A stretch of 64,000 bases of DNA from Eledone cirrhosa (Eukaryota): NCBI GenBank assembly GCA_964016885.1, contig OZ024740.1, positions 806,001 to 870,000 on the forward strand, given 5' to 3'. Both the position numbers and the translations under genes were made by a program. The notes under the pieces are model-generated. The model saw nothing but the letters and a program-made list of their open reading frames with translations, did not search any database and was not told where the DNA came from. Below are positions 42,901-60,900 of the stretch, piece after piece (the first letter of the stretch is position 1; each line of letters opens with the position of its first letter).

Positions 42901-45900
42901 CACAGTTACTCATGTATCTACCTCTACCAGTTATACTTCCACCAATACTCACCACAGTTACTCATGTATCTACCTCTAACAGTTCTACTTCTACCAATAC
43001 TCACCACAGTTACTCATGTATCTACCTCTACCAGTTATATTTCCACCAATACTCACCACTGTTACTCATGTATCTACCACTACCAGTTCTACCTCCACCA
43101 ATACCCACCACATTTACTCATGTCTCTACCTCTACTAGTTCTACTTCTACCAATACTCACCACTGTTACTCATGTATCTACCTCTACCAGTTATACTTCC
43201 ACCAATACTCATCACAGTTACACATGTATCTACCTCTATCAGTTATAATTCCACAAATACGCACCCCAGTTACTCATGTATCTACCTCTACCAGTTATAC
43301 TTCCACCAATACTCATCACAGTTACTCATGTTTCTACATCTACCAGTTATACTTCCACCAATATTCATAACAGTTACTCATGTATCTACCTCTACCAGTT
43401 ATACTCCCACCAATATTCACCACAGTTACTCATGTATCTACCTCTACCAGTTATACTTACACCAATACTCACCACAGTTACTCATGTATCTACATCTACA
43501 AGTTATACTTCCACCAATACTCATCACAGTTACTCATGTATCTACATCTACCAGATCTACTTCCACCAATACTCACCACAGTTACTCATGTATCTACCTC
43601 TACCAGTTCTACTTCCATCAATATTCACAACAGTTACTCATGTATCTACTTCTACCAGTTATACTCCCACCAATACTCACCACAGTTACACATGTATCAA
43701 CCTGTACCAGTTATACTTCCACCAATACTCACCACATTTACTCATGTATCTATCTCTACCAGTTATACTTCCACCAATACTCACTATATTTACTCATGTA
43801 TCTACCTCTACCAGTTATACTTCCACCAATACTCACCAATGTTACTCATGTATCTACCTGTACCAGTTATACTTCCACCAATACTCACCACAGTTACTCA
43901 TGTATCTACCTCTACCAGTTATACTTCCACCAATACTCACCTCATTTACTCATGTATCTACCTCTACCAGTTATATTTCCACCAATACTCACCACTGTTA
44001 CACATGTATCTACCTGTATCAGTTATACTTCCACCAATACTCACCACATTTACTCATGTCTCTACCTCTACTAATTCTACTTCCACCAATACTCACCACA
44101 GTTACTCATGTATCTACCTCTACCAGTTATAATTCCACCAATACTCACCACAGTTACTCATGTATCTACCTCTACCAGTTATACTTCCACCAATACTCAC
44201 CACATTTACTCATGTATCTACCTCTACAAGTTATACGTCCACCAATACTCACCACAATTACTCATGCAACTAACTCTACCAGTTCTACTTCCACCAATAT
44301 TTACCACAGTTACTCATGTATCTACCTCTACCAGTTATACTTCCACCAATACTCACCACAGTTACTCATGTATCTACCTCTAACAGTTCTACTTCTACCA
44401 ATACTCACCACAGTTACTCATGTATCTACCTCTACCAGTTATATTTCCACCAATACTCACCACTGTTACTCATGTATCTACCACTACCAGTTCTACCTCC
44501 ACCAATACCCACCACATTTACTCATGTCTCTACCTCTACTAGTTCTACTTCTACCAATACTCACCACTGTTACTCATGTATCTACCTCTACCAGTTATAC
44601 TTCCACCAATACTCATCACAGTTACACATGTATCTACCTCTATCAGTTATAATTCCACAAATACGCACCCCAGTTACTCATGTATCTACCTCTACCAGTT
44701 ATACTTCCACCAATACTCATCACAGTTACTCATGTTTCTACATCTACCAGTTATACTTCCACCAATATTCATAACAGTTACTCATGTATCTACCTCTACC
44801 AGTTATACTCCCACCAATATTCACCACAGTTACTCATGTATCTACCTCTACCAGTTATACTTACACCAATACTCACCACAGTTACTCATGTATCTACATC
44901 TACAAGTTATACTTCCACCAATACTCATCACAGTTACTCATGTATCTACATCTACCAGATCTACTTCCACCAATACTCACCACAGTTACTCATGTATCTA
45001 CCTCTACCAGTTATACTTCCATCAATATTCACAACAGTTACTCATGTATCTACTTCTACCAGTTATACTCCCACCAATACTCACCACAGTTACACATGTA
45101 TCAATCTGTACCAGTTATACTTCCACCAATACTCACCACATTTACTCATGTATCTATCTCTACCAGTTATACTTCCACCAATACTCACTATATTTACTCA
45201 TGTATCTACCTCTACCAGTTATACTTCCACCAATACTCACCAAAGTTACTCATGTATCTACCTGTACCAGTTATACTTCCACCAATACTCACCACAGTTA
45301 CTCATGTATCTACCTCTACCAGTTATACTTCCACCAATACTCACCTCATTTACTCATGTATCTACCTCTACCAGTTATATTTCCACCAATACTCACCACT
45401 GTTACACATGTATCTACCTGTATCAGTTATACTTCCACCAATACTCACCACTGTTACACATGTATCTACCTGTACCAGTTATACTTCCACCAATACTCAA
45501 CACATTTACTCATGTATCTACCTCTACCAGTTATACTCCCACCAATACTCACCACTCTTACTCATGTATCTACCTCTACCAGTTCTACTTTCACCAATAC
45601 TCACCACATTTGCTCATGCAACTAACTCTACCAGTTCTACTTCCACCAATATTTACCACAGTTACTCATGTATCTACCTCTACCAGTTATACTTCCACCA
45701 ATACTCACCACAGTTACTCATGTATCTACCTCTAGCAGTTCTTCTTCTACCAATACTCACCACAGTTACTCATGTATCTACCTCTACCAGTTATATTTCC
45801 ACCAATACTCACCACTGTTACTCATGTATCTACCACTACCAGTTCTACCTCCACCAATACCCACCACATTTACTCGTCTCTACCTCTACTCGTTCTACTT

Positions 45901-48900
45901 CTACCAATACTCACCACTGTTACTCATGTATCTACCTCTACCAGTTATACTTCCACCAATACTCATCACAGTTACACATGTATCTACCTCTATCAGTTAT
46001 AATTCCACAAATAGTCACCCCAGTTACTCATGTATCTACCTCTACCAGTTATACTTCCACCAATACTCATCACAGTTACTCATGTTTCTACATCTACCAG
46101 TTATACTTCCACCAATATTCATAACAGTTACTCGTGTATCTACCTCTACCAGTTATACTCCCACCAATATTCACCACAGTTACTCATGTATCTACTTCTA
46201 CCAGTTATACTTACACCAATATTCACCACAGTTACTCATGTATCTACATCTACCAGTTATACTTCCACCAATATTCACCACAGTTACTCATGTATCTACA
46301 TCTACAAGTTATACTTCCACCAATACTCATCACAGTTACTCATGTATCTACATCTACCAGGTCTACTTCCACCAATACTCACCACAGTTACTCATGTATC
46401 TACCTCTACCAGTTATACTTCCATCAATATTCACAACAGTTACTCATGTATCTACTTCTACCAGTTATACTCCCACCAATACTCACCACAGTTACACATG
46501 TATCAACCTGTACCAGTTATACTTCCACCAATACTCACCACATTTACTCATGTATCTATCTCTACCAGTTATACTTCCACCAATACTCACTATATTTACT
46601 CATGTATCTACCTCTACCAGTTATACTTCCACCAATACTCACCAAAGTTACTCATGTATCTACCTGTACCAGTTATACTTCCACCAATACTCACCACAGT
46701 TACTCATGTATCTACCTCTACCAGTTATACTTCCACCAATACTCACCTCATTTACCCATGTATCTACATCTACAAGTTATACTTCCACCAATACTCACCA
46801 CAGTTACACATGTATCAACCTGTACCAGTTATACTTCCACCAATACTCACCACATTTACTCATGTATCTACCTCTACCAGTTATACTTCCACCAATACTC
46901 ACTATATTTACTCATGTATCTACCTCTACCAGTTATACTTCCACCAATACTCACCAAAGTTACTCATGTATCTACCTGTACCAGTTATACTTCCACCAAT
47001 ACTCACCACATTTACTCATGTATCTACCTCTACCAGTTATACTTCCACCAATACTCACCTCATTTACTCATGTATCTACCTCTACCAGTTATATTTCCAC
47101 CAATACTCACCACTGTTACTCATGTATCTACCTCTACCAGTTATACTTCCACCAATACTCATCACAGTTACACATGTATCTACCTCTATCAGTTATAATT
47201 CCACAAATACGCACCCCAGTTACTCATGTATCTACCTCTACCAGTTATACTTCCACCAATACTCATCACAGTTACTCATGTTTCTACATCTACCAGTTAT
47301 ACTTCCACCAATATTCATAACAGTTACTCATGTATCTACCTCTACCAGTTATACTTCTACCAATACTCACCTCATTTACTCATGTATCTACCTCTACCAG
47401 TTATATTTCCACCAATACTCACCACTGTTACACATGTATCTACCTGTATCAGTTATACTTCCACCAATACTCACCACATTTACTCATGTCTCTACCTCTA
47501 CTAATTCTACTTCCACCAATACTCACCACAGTTACTCATGTATCTACCTCTACCAGTTATAATTCCACCAATACTCACCACAGTTACTCATGTATCTACC
47601 TCTACCAGTTATACTTCCACCAATACTCACCACATTTACTCATGTATCTACCTCTACAAGTTATACGTCCACCAATACTCACCACAATTACTCATGCAAC
47701 TAACTCTACCAGTTCTACTTCCACCAATATTTACCACAGTTACTCATGTATCTACCTCTACCAGTTATACTTCCACCAATACTCACCACAGTTACTCATG
47801 TATCTACCTCTAACAGTTCTACTTCTACCAATACTCACCACAGTTACTCATGTATCTACCTCTACCAGTTATATTTCCACCAATACTCACCACTGTTACT
47901 CATGTATCTACCACTACCAGTTCTACCTCCACCAATACCCACCACATTTACTCATGTCTCTACCTCTACTAGTTCTACTTCTACCAATACTCACCACTGT
48001 TACTCATGTATCTACCTCTACCAGTTATACTTCCACCAATACTCATCACAGTTACACATGTATCTACCTCTATCAGTTATAATTCCACAAATACGCACCC
48101 CAGTTACTCATGTATCTACCTCTACCAGTTATACTTCCACCAATACTCATCACAGTTACTCATGTTTCTACATCTACCAGTTATACTTCCACCAATATTC
48201 ATAACAGTTACTCATGTATCTACCTCTACCAGTTATACTCCCACCAATATTCACCACAGTTACTCATGTATCTACCTCTACCAGTTATACTTACACCAAT
48301 ACTCACCACAGTTACTCATGTATCTACCTCTACCAGTTATACTTCCACCAATACTCATCACAGTTACACATGTATCTACCTCTATCAGTTATAATTCCAC
48401 AAATACGCACCCCAGTTACTCATGTATCTACCTCTACCAGTTATACTTCCACCAATACTCATCACAGTTACTCATGTATCTACATCTACCAGATCTACTT
48501 CCACCAATACTCACCACAGTTACTCATGTATCTACCTCTACCAGTTCTACTTCCATCAATATTCACAACAGTTACTCATGTATCTACTTCTACCAGTTAT
48601 ACTCCCACCAATACTCACCACAGTTACACATGTATCAACCTGTACCAGTTATACTTCCACCAATACTCACCACATTTACTCATGTATCTATCTCTACCAG
48701 TTATACTTCCACCAATACTCACTATATTTACTCATGTATCTACCTCTACCAATTATACTTCCACCAATACTCACCAAAGTTACTCATGTATCTACCTGTA
48801 CCAGTTATACTTCCACCAATACTCACCACAGTTACTCATGTATCTACCTCTACCAGTTATACTTCCACCAATACTCACCTCATTTACTCATGTATCTACC

Positions 48901-51900
48901 TCTACCAGTTATATTTCCACCAATACTCACCACTGTTACACATGTATCTACCTGTATCAGTTATACTTCCACCAATACTCACCACATTTACTCATGTCTC
49001 TACCTCTACTAATTCTACTTCCACCAATACTCACCACAGTTACTCATGTATCTACCTCTACCAGTTATAATTCCACCAATACTCACCACAGTTACTCATG
49101 TATCTACCTCTACCAGTTATACTTCCACCAATACTCACCACATTTACTCATGTATCTACCTCTACAAGTTATACGTCCACCAATACTCACCACAATTACT
49201 CATGCAACTAACTCTACCAGTTCTACTTCCACCAATATTTACCACAGTTACTCATGTATCTACCTCTACCAGTTATACTTCCACCAATACTCACCACAGT
49301 TACTCATGTATCTACCTCTAACAGTTCTACTTCTACCAATACTCACCACAGTTACTCATGTATCTACCTCTACCAGTTATATTTCCACCAATACTCACCA
49401 CTGTTACTCATGTATCTACCACTACCAGTTCTACCTCCACCAATACCCACCACATTTACTCATGTCTCTACCTCTACTAGTTCTACTTCTACCAATACTC
49501 ACCACTGTTACTCATGTATCTACCTCTACCAGTTATACTTCCACCAATACTCATCACAGTTACACATGTATCTACCTCTATCAGTTATAATTCCACAAAT
49601 ACGCACCCCAGTTACTCATGTATCTACCTCTACCAGTTATACTTCCACCAATACTCATCACAGTTACTCATGTTTCTACATCTACCAGTTATACTTCCAC
49701 CAATATTCATAACAGTTACTCATGTATCTACCTCTACCAGTTATACTCCCACCAATATTCACCACAGTTACTCATGTATCTACCTCTACCAGTTATACTT
49801 ACACCAATACTCACCACAGTTACTCATGTATCTACATCTACAAGTTATACTTCCACCAATACTCATCACAGTTACTCATGTATCTACATCTACCAGATCT
49901 ACTTCCACCAATACTCACCACAGTTACTCATGTATCTACCTCTACCAGTTATACTTCCATCAATATTCACAACAGTTACTCATGTATCTACTTCTACCAG
50001 TTATACTCCCACCAATACTCACCACAGTTACACATGTATCAATCTGTACCAGTTATACTTCCACCAATACTCACCACATTTACTCATGTATCTATCTCTA
50101 CCAGTTATACTTCCACCAATACTCACTATATTTACTCATGTATCTACCTCTACCAGTTATACTTCCACCAATACTCACCAAAGTTACTCATGTATCTACC
50201 TGTACCAGTTATACTTCCACCAATACTCACCACAGTTACTCATGTATCTACCTCTACCAGTTATACTTCCACCAATACTCACCTCATTTACTCATGTATC
50301 TACCTCTACCAGTTATATTTCCACCAATACTCACCACTGTTACACATGTATCTACCTGTATCAGTTATACTTCCACCAATACTCACCACTGTTACACATG
50401 TATCTACCTGTACCAGTTATACTTCCACCAATACTCAACACATTTACTCATGTATCTACCTCTACCAGTTATACTCCCACCAATACTCACCACTCTTACT
50501 CATGTATCTACCTCTACCAGTTCTACTTTCACCAATACTCACCACATTTGCTCATGCAACTAACTCTACCAGTTCTACTTCCACCAATATTTACCACAGT
50601 TACTCATGTATCTACCTCTACCAGTTATACTTCCACCAATACTCACCACAGTTACTCATGTATCTACCTCTAGCAGTTCTTCTTCTACCAATACTCACCA
50701 CAGTTACTCATGTATCTACCTCTACCAGTTACATTTCCACCAATACTCACCACTGTTACTCATGTATCTACCACTACCAGTTCTACCTCCACCAATACCC
50801 ACCACATTTACTCGTCTCTACCTCTACTCGTTCTACTTCTACCAATACTCACCACTGTTACTCATGTATCTACCTCTACCAGTTATACTTCCACCAATAC
50901 TCATCACAGTTACACATGTATCTACCTCTATCAGTTATAATTCCACAAATAGTCACCCCAGTTACTCATGTATCTACCTCTACCAGTTATACTTCCACCA
51001 ATACTCATCACAGTTACTCATGTTTCTACATCTACCAGTTGTACTTCCACCAATATTCATAACAGTTACTCGTGTATCTACCTCTACCAGTTATACTCCC
51101 ACCAATATTCACCACAGTTACTCATGTATCTACTTCTACCAGTTATACTTACACCAATATTCACCACAGTTACTCATGTATCTACATCTACCAGTTATAC
51201 TTCCACCAATATTCACCACAGTTACTCATGTATCTACATCTACAAGTTATACTTCCACCAATACTCATCACAGTTACTCATGTATCTACATCTACCAGGT
51301 CTACTTCCACCAATACTCACCACAGTTACTCATGTATCTACCTCTACCAGTTATACTTCCATCAATATTCACAACAGTTACTCATGTATCTACTTCTACC
51401 AGTTATACTCCCACCAATACTCACCACAGTTACACATGTATCAACCTGTACCAGTTATACTTCCACCAATACTCACCACATTTACTCATGTATCTATCTC
51501 TACCAGTTATACTTCCACCAATACTCACTATATTTACTCATGTATCTACCTCTACCAGTTATACTTCCACCAATACTCACCAAAGTTACTCATGTATCTA
51601 CCTGTACCAGTTATACTTCCACCAATACTCACCACAGTTACTCATGTATCTACCTCTACCAGTTATACTTCCACCAATACTCACCTCATTTACTCATGTA
51701 TCTACCTCTACCAGTTATATTTCCACCAATACTCACCACTGTTACACATGTATCTACCTGTATCAGTTATACTTCCACCAATACTCACCACATTTACTCA
51801 TGTCTCTACCTCTACTAATTCTACTTCCACCAATACTCACCACAGTTACTCATGTATCTACCTCTACCAGTTATAATTCCACCAATACTCACCACAGTTA

Positions 51901-54900
51901 CTCATGTATCTACCTCTACCAGTTATACTTCCACCAATACTCACCACATTTACTCATGTATCTACCTCTACAAGTTATACGTCCACCAATACTCACCACA
52001 ATTACTCATGCAACTAACTCTACCAGTTCTACTTCCACCAATATTTACCACAGTTACTCATGTATCTACCTCTACCAGTTATACTTCCACCAATACTCAC
52101 CACAGTTACTCATGTATCTACCTCTAACAGTTCTACTTCTACCAATACTCACCACAGTTACTCATGTATCTACCTCTACCAGTTATATTTCCACCAATAC
52201 TCACCACTGTTACTCATGTATCTACCACTACCAGTTCTACCTCCACCAATACCCACCACATTTACTCATGTCTCTACCTCTACTAGTTCTACTTCTACCA
52301 ATACTCACCACTGTTACTCATGTATCTACCTCTACCAGTTATACTTCCACCAATACTCATCACAGTTACACATGTATCTACCTCTATCAGTTATAATTCC
52401 ACAAATACGCACCCCAGTTACTCATGTATCTACCTCTACCAGTTATACTTCCACCAATACTCATCACAGTTACTCATGTTTCTACATCTACCAGTTATAC
52501 TTCCACCAATATTCATAACAGTTACTCATGTATCTACCTCTACCAGTTATACTCCCACCAATATTCACCACAGTTACTCATGTATCTACCTCTACCAGTT
52601 ATACTTACACCAATACTCACCACAGTTACTCATGTATCTACATCTACAAGTTATACTTCCACCAATACTCATCACAGTTACTCATGTATCTACATCTACC
52701 AGATCTACTTCCACCAATACTCACCACAGTTACTCATGTATCTACCTCTACCAGTTATACTTCCATCAATATTCACAACAGTTACTCATGTATCTACTTC
52801 TACCAGTTATACTCCCACCAATACTCACCACAGTTACACATGTATCAATCTGTACCAGTTATACTTCCACCAATACTCACCACATTTACTCATGTATCTA
52901 TCTCTACCAGTTATACTTCCACCAATACTCACTATATTTACTCATGTATCTACCTCTACCAGTTATACTTCCACCAATACTCACCAAAGTTACTCATGTA
53001 TCTACCTGTACCAGTTATACTTCCACCAATACTCACCTCATTTACTCATGTATCTACCTCTACCAGTTATATTTCCACCAATACTCACCACTGTTACACA
53101 TGTATCTACCTGTATCAGTTATACTTCCACCAATACTCACCACTGTTACACATGTATCTACCTGTACCAGTTATACTTCCACCAATACTCCAAACATTTA
53201 CTCATGTATCTACCTCTACCAGTTACACTCCCACCAATACTCACCACTCTTACTCATGTATCTACCTCTACCAGTTCTACTTTCACCAATACTCACCACA
53301 TTTGCTCATGCAACTAACTCTACCAGTTCTACTTCCACCAATATTTACCACAGTTACTCATGTATCTACCTCTACCAGTTATACTTCCACCAATACTCAC
53401 CACAGTTACTCATGTATCTACCTCTAGCAGTTCTTCTTCTACCAATACTCACCACAGTTACTCATGTATCTACCTCTACCAGTTATATTTCCACCAATAC
53501 TCACCACTGTTACTCATGTATCTACCACTACCAGTTCTACCTCCACCAATACCCACCACATTTACTCGTCTCTACCTCTACTCGTTCTACTTCTACCAAT
53601 ACTCACCACTGTTACTCATGTATCTACCTCTACCAGTTATACTTCCACCAATACTCATCACAGTTACACATGTATCTACCTCTATCAGTTATAATTCCAC
53701 AAATAGTCACCCCAGTTACTCGTGTATCTACCTCTACCAGTTATACTCCCACCAATATTCACCACAGTTACTCATGTATCTACTTCTACCAGTTATACTT
53801 ACACCAATATTCACCACAGTTACTCATGTATCTACATCTACCAGTTATACTTCCACCAATATTCACCACAGTTACTCATGTATCTACATCTACAAGTTAT
53901 ACTTCCACCAATACTCATCACAGTTACTCATGTATCTACATCTACCAGGTCTACTTCCACCAATACTCACCACAGTTACTCATGTATCTACCTCTACCAG
54001 TTATACTTCCATCAATATTCACAACAGTTACTCATGTATCTACTTCTACCAGTTATACTCCCACCAATACTCACCACAGTTACACATGTATCAACCTGTA
54101 CCAGTTATACTTCCACCAATACTCACCACATTTACTCATGTATCTATCTCTACCAGTTATACTTCCACCAATACTCACTATATTTACTCATGTATCTACC
54201 TCTACCAGTTATACTTCCACCAATACTCACCAAAGTTACTCATGTATCTACCTGTACCAGTTATACTTCCACCAATACTCACCACAGTTACTCATGTATC
54301 TACCTCTACCAGTTATACTTCCACCAATACTCACCTCATTTACTCATGTATCTACCTCTACCAGTTATATTTCCACCAATACTCACCACTGTTACACATG
54401 TATCTACCTGTATCAGTTATACTTCCACCAATACTCACCACATTTACTCATGTCTCTACCTCTACTAATTCTACTTCCACCAATACTCACCACAGTTACT
54501 CATGTATCTACCTCTACCAGTTATATTTCCACCAATACTCACCACTGTTACTCATGTATCTACCACTACCAGTTCTACCTCCACCAATACCCACCACATT
54601 TACTCACGTCTCTACCTCTACTAGTTCTACTTCTACCAATACTCACCACAGTTACTCATGTATCTACATCTACCAGTTATACTTCCACCAATACTCACCA
54701 AAGTTACTCATGTATCTACCTGTACCAGTTATACTTCCACCAATACTCACCACATTTACTCATGTATCTACCTCTACCAGTTATACTTCCACCAATACTC
54801 ACCTCATTTACTCATGTATCTACCTCTACCAGTTATATTTCCACCAATACTCACCACTGTTACTCATGTATCTACCTCTACCAGTTATACTTCCACCAAT

Positions 54901-57900
54901 ACTCATCACAGTTACACATGTATCTACCTCTATCAGTTATAATTCCACAAATACGCACCCCAGTTACTCATGTATCTACCTCTACCAGTTATACTTCCAC
55001 CAATACTCATCACAGTTACTCATGTTTCTACATCTACCAGTTATACTTCCACCAATATTCATAACAGTTACTCATGTATCTACCTCTACCAGTTATACTC
55101 CCACCAATATTCACCACAGTTACTCATGTATCTACCTCTACCAGTTATACTTACACCAATACTCACCACAGTTACTCATGTATCTACATCTACAAGTTAT
55201 ACTTCCACCAATACTCATCACAGTTACTCATGTATCTACATCTACCAGATCTACTTCCACCAATACTCACCACAGTTACTCATGTATCTACCTCTACCAG
55301 TTATACTTCCATCAATATTCACAACAGTTACTCATGTATCTACTTCTACCAGTTATACTCCCACCAATACTCACCACAGTTACACATGTATCAATCTGTA
55401 CCAGTTATACTTCCACCAATACTCACCACATTTACTCATGTATCTATCTCTACCAGTTATACTTCCACCAATACTCACTATATTTACTCATGTATCTACC
55501 TCTACCAGTTATACTTCCACCAATACTCACCAAAGTTACTCATGTATCTACCTGTACCAGTTATACTTCCACCAATACTCACCACAGTTACTCATGTATC
55601 TACCTCTACCAGTTATACTTCCACCAATACTCACCTCATTTACTCATGTATCTACCTCTACCAGTTATATTTCCACCAATACTCACCACTGTTACACATG
55701 TATCTACCTGTATCAGTTATACTTCCACCAATACTCACCACTGTTACACATGTATCTACCTGTACCAGTTATACTTCCACCAATACTCACCACATTTACT
55801 CATGTATCTACCTCTACCAGTTATACTCCCACCAATACTCACCACTCTTACTCATGTATCTACCTCTACCAGTTCTACTTTCACCAATACTCACCACATT
55901 TGCTCATGCAACTAACTCTACCAGTTCTACTTCCACCAATATTTACCACAGTTACTCATGTATCTACCTCTACCAGTTATACTTCCACCAATACTCACCA
56001 CAGTTACTCATGTATCTACCTCTAACAGTTCTTCTTCTACCAATACTCACCACAGTTACTCATGTATCTACCTCTACCAGTTATATTTCCACCAATACTC
56101 ACCACTGTTACTCATGTATCTACCACTACCAGTTCTACCTCCACCAATACCCACCACATTTACTCGTCTCTACCTCTACTACTTCTACTTCTACCAATAC
56201 TCACCACTGTTACTCATGTATCTACCTCTACCAGTTATACTTCCACCAATACTCATCACAGTTACACATGTATCTACCTCTATCAGTTATAATTCCACAA
56301 ATACGCACCCCAGTTACTCATGAATCTACCTCTACCAGTTATACTTCCACCAATACTCATCACAGTTACTCATGTTTCTACATCTACCAGTTATACTTCC
56401 ACCAATATTCATAACAGTTACTCGTGTATCTACCTCTACCAGTTATACTCCCACCAATATTCACAACAGTTACTCATGTATCTACTTCTACCAGTTATAC
56501 TCCCACCAATACTCACCACAGTTACACATGTATCAACCTGTACCAGTTATACTTCCACCAATACTCACCACATTTGCTCATGTATCTATCTCTACCAGTT
56601 ATACTTCCACCAATACTCACTATATTTACTTATGTATCTACCGCTACCAGTTATACTTCCACCAATACTCACCAAAGTTACTCATGTATCTACCTGTACC
56701 AGTTATACTTCCACCAATACTCACCACAGTTACTCATGTATCTACCTCTACCAGTTATACTTCCACCAATACTCACCTCATTTACTCATGTATCTACGTC
56801 TACCAGTTATATTTCCACCAATACTCACCACTGTTACACATGTATCTACCTGTATCAGTTATACTTCCACCAATACTCACCACATTTACTCATGTCTCTA
56901 CCTCTACTAATTCTACTTCCACCAATACTCACCACAGTTACTCATGTATCTACCTCTACCAGTTATACTTCCATCAATATTCACAACAGTTACTCATGTA
57001 TCTACTTCTACCAGTTATACTCCCACCAATACTCACCACAGTTACACATGTATCAATCTGTACCAGTTATACTTCCACCAATACTCACCACATTTACTCA
57101 TGTATCTATCTCTACCAGTTATACTTCCACCAATACTCACTATATTTACTCATGTATCTACCTCTACCAGTTATACTTCCACCAATACTCACCAAAGTTA
57201 CTCATGTATCTACCTGTACCAGTTATACTTCCACCAATACTCACCACAGTTACTCATGTATCTACCTCTACCAGTTATACTTCCACCAATACTCACCTCA
57301 TTTACTCATGTATCTACCTCTACCAGTTATATTTCCACCAATACTCACCACTGTTACACATGTATCTACCTGTATCAGTTATACTTCCACCAATACTCAC
57401 CACTGTTACACATGTATCTACCTGTACCAGTTATACTTCCACCAATACTCAACACATTTACTCATGTATCTACCTCTACCAGTTATACTCCCACCAATAC
57501 TCACCACTGTTACTCATGTATCTACCTCTACCAGTTCTACTTTCACCAATACTCACCACATTTGCTCATGCAACTAACTCTACCAGTTCTACTTCCACCA
57601 ATATTTACCACAGTTACTCATGTATCTACCTCTACCAGTTATACTTCCACCAATACTCACCACAGTTACTCATGTATCTACCTCTAGCAGTTCTTCTTCT
57701 ACCAATACTCACCACAGTTACTCATATATCTACCTCTACCAGTTATATTTCCACCAATACTCACCACTGTTACTCATGTATCTACCACTACCAGTTCTAC
57801 CTCCACCAATACCCACCACATTTACTCGTCTCTACCTCTACTAGTACTACTTCTACCAATACTCACCACTGTTACTCATGTATCTACCTCTACCAGTTAT

Positions 57901-60900
57901 ACTTCCACCAATACTCATCACAGTTACTCATGTATCTACCTCTACCAGTTATACTCCCACCAATATTCACCACAGTTACTCATGTATCTACCTCTACCAG
58001 TTATACTTACACCAATACTCACCACAGTTACTCATGTATCTACATCTACAAGTTATACTTCCACCAATACTCATCACAGTTACTCATGTATCTACATCTA
58101 CCAGATCTACTTCCACCAATACTCACCACAGTTACTCATGTATCTACCTCTAGCAGTTCTTCTTCTACCAATACTCACCACAGTTACTCATGTATCTACC
58201 TCTACCAGTTATATTTCCACCAATACTCACCACTGTTACTCATGTATCTACCACTACCAGTTCTACCTCCACCAATACCCACCACATTTACTCGTCTCTA
58301 CCTCTACTAGTTCTACTTCTACCAATACTCACCACTGTTACTCATGCATCTACCTCTACCAGTTATACTTCCACCAATACTCATCACAGTTACACATGTA
58401 TCTACCTCTATCAGTTATAATTCCACAAATACGCACCCCAGTTACTCATGTATCTACCTCTACCAGTTATACTTCCACCAATACTCATCACAGTTACTCA
58501 TGTTTCTACATCTACCAGTTATACTTCCACCAATATTCATAACAGTTACTCGTGTATCTACCTCTACCAGTTATACTCCCACCAATATTCACAACAGTTA
58601 CTCATGTATCTACTTCTACCAGTTATACTCCCACTAATACTCACCACAGTTACACATGTATCAACCTGTACCAGTTATACTTCCACCAATACTCACCACA
58701 TTTACTCATGTATCTATCTCTACCAGTTATACTTCCACCAATACTCACTATATTTACTCATGTATCTACCGCTACCAGTTATACTTCCACCAATACTCAC
58801 CAAAGTTACTCATGTATCTACCTGTACCAGTTATACTTCCACCAATACTCACCTCATTTACTCATGTATCTACCTCTACCAGTTATATTTCCACCAATAC
58901 TCACCACTGTTACACATGTATCTACCTGTATCAGTTATACTTCCACCAATACTCACCACATTTACTCATGTCTCTACCTCTACTAATTCTACTTCCACCA
59001 ATACTCACCACAGTTACTCATGTATCTACCTCTACCAGTTATAATTCCACCAATACTCACCACAGTTACTCATGTATCTACCTCTACCAGTTATACTTCC
59101 ACCAATACTCACCACATTTACTCATGTATCTACCTCTACAAGTTATACGTCCACCAATACTCACCACAATTACTCATGCAACTAACTCTACCAGTTCTAC
59201 TTCCACCAATATTTACCACAGTTACTCATGTATCTACCTCTACCAGTTATACTTCCACCAATACTCACCACAGTTACTCATGTATCTACCTCTAACAGTT
59301 CTACTTCTACCAATACTCACCACAGTTACTCATGTATCTACCTCTACCAGTTATATTTCCACCAATACTCACCACTGTTACTCATGTATCTACCACTACC
59401 AGTTCTACCTCCACCAATACCCACCACATTTACTCATGTCTCTACCTCTACTAGTTCTACTTCTACCAATACTCACCACTGTTACTCATGTATCTACCGC
59501 TACCAGTTATACTTCCACCAATACTCACCAAAGTTACTCATGTATCTACCTGTACCAGTTATACTTCCACCAATACTCACCACAGTTACTCATGTATCTA
59601 CCTCTACCAGTTATACTTCCACCAATACTCACCTCATTTACTCATGTATCTACCTCTACCAGTTATACTTACACCAATACTCACCACAGTTACTCATGTA
59701 TCTACATCTACAAGTTATACTTCCACCAATACTCATCACAGTTACTCATGTATCTACATCTACCAGATCTACTTCCACCAATACTCACCACAGTTACTCA
59801 TGTATCTACCTCTACCAGTTATACTTCCATCAATATTCACAACAGTTACTCATGTATCTACTTCTACCAGTTATACTCCCACCAATACTCACCACAGTTA
59901 CACATGTATCAATCTGTACCAGTTATACTTCCACCAATACTCACCACATTTACTCATGTATCTATCTCTACCAGTTATACTTCCACCAATACTCACTATA
60001 TTTACTCATGTATCTACCTCTACCAGTTATACTTCCACCAATACTCACCAAAGTTACTCATGTATCTACCTGTACCAGTTATACTTCCACCAATACTCAC
60101 CACAGTTACTCATGTATCTACCTCTACCAGTTATACTTCCACCAATACTCACCTCATTTACTCATGTATCTACCTCTACCAGTTATATTTCCACCAATAC
60201 TCACCACTGTTACACATGTATCTACCTGTATCAGTTATACTTCCACCAATACTCACCACTGTTACACATGTATCTACCTGTACCAGTTTTACTTCCACCA
60301 ATACTCAACACATTTACTCATGTATCTACCTCTACCAGTTATACTCCCACCAATACTCACCACTGTTACTCATGTATCTACCTCTACCAGTTCTACTTTC
60401 ACCAATACTCACCACATTTGCTCATGCAACTAACTCTACCAGTTCTACTTCCACCAATATTTACCACAGTTACTCATGTATCTACCTCTACCAGTTATAC
60501 TTCCACCAATACTCACCACAGTTACTCATGTATCTACCTCTAGCAGTTCTTCTTCTACCAATACTCACCACAGTTACTCATGTATCTACCTCTACCAGTT
60601 ATATTTCCACCAATACTCACCACTGTTACTCATGTATCTACCACTACCAGTTCTACCTCCACCAATACCCACCACATTTACTCGTCTCTACCTCTACTAG
60701 TACTACTTCTACCAATACTCACCACTGTTACTCATGTATCTACCTCTACCAGTTATACTTCCACCAATACTCATCACAGTTACACATGTATCTACCTCTA
60801 TCAGTTATAATTCCACAAATAGTCACCCCAGTTACTCATGTATCTACCTCTACCAGTTATACTTCCACCAATACTCATCACAGTTACTCATGTTTCTACA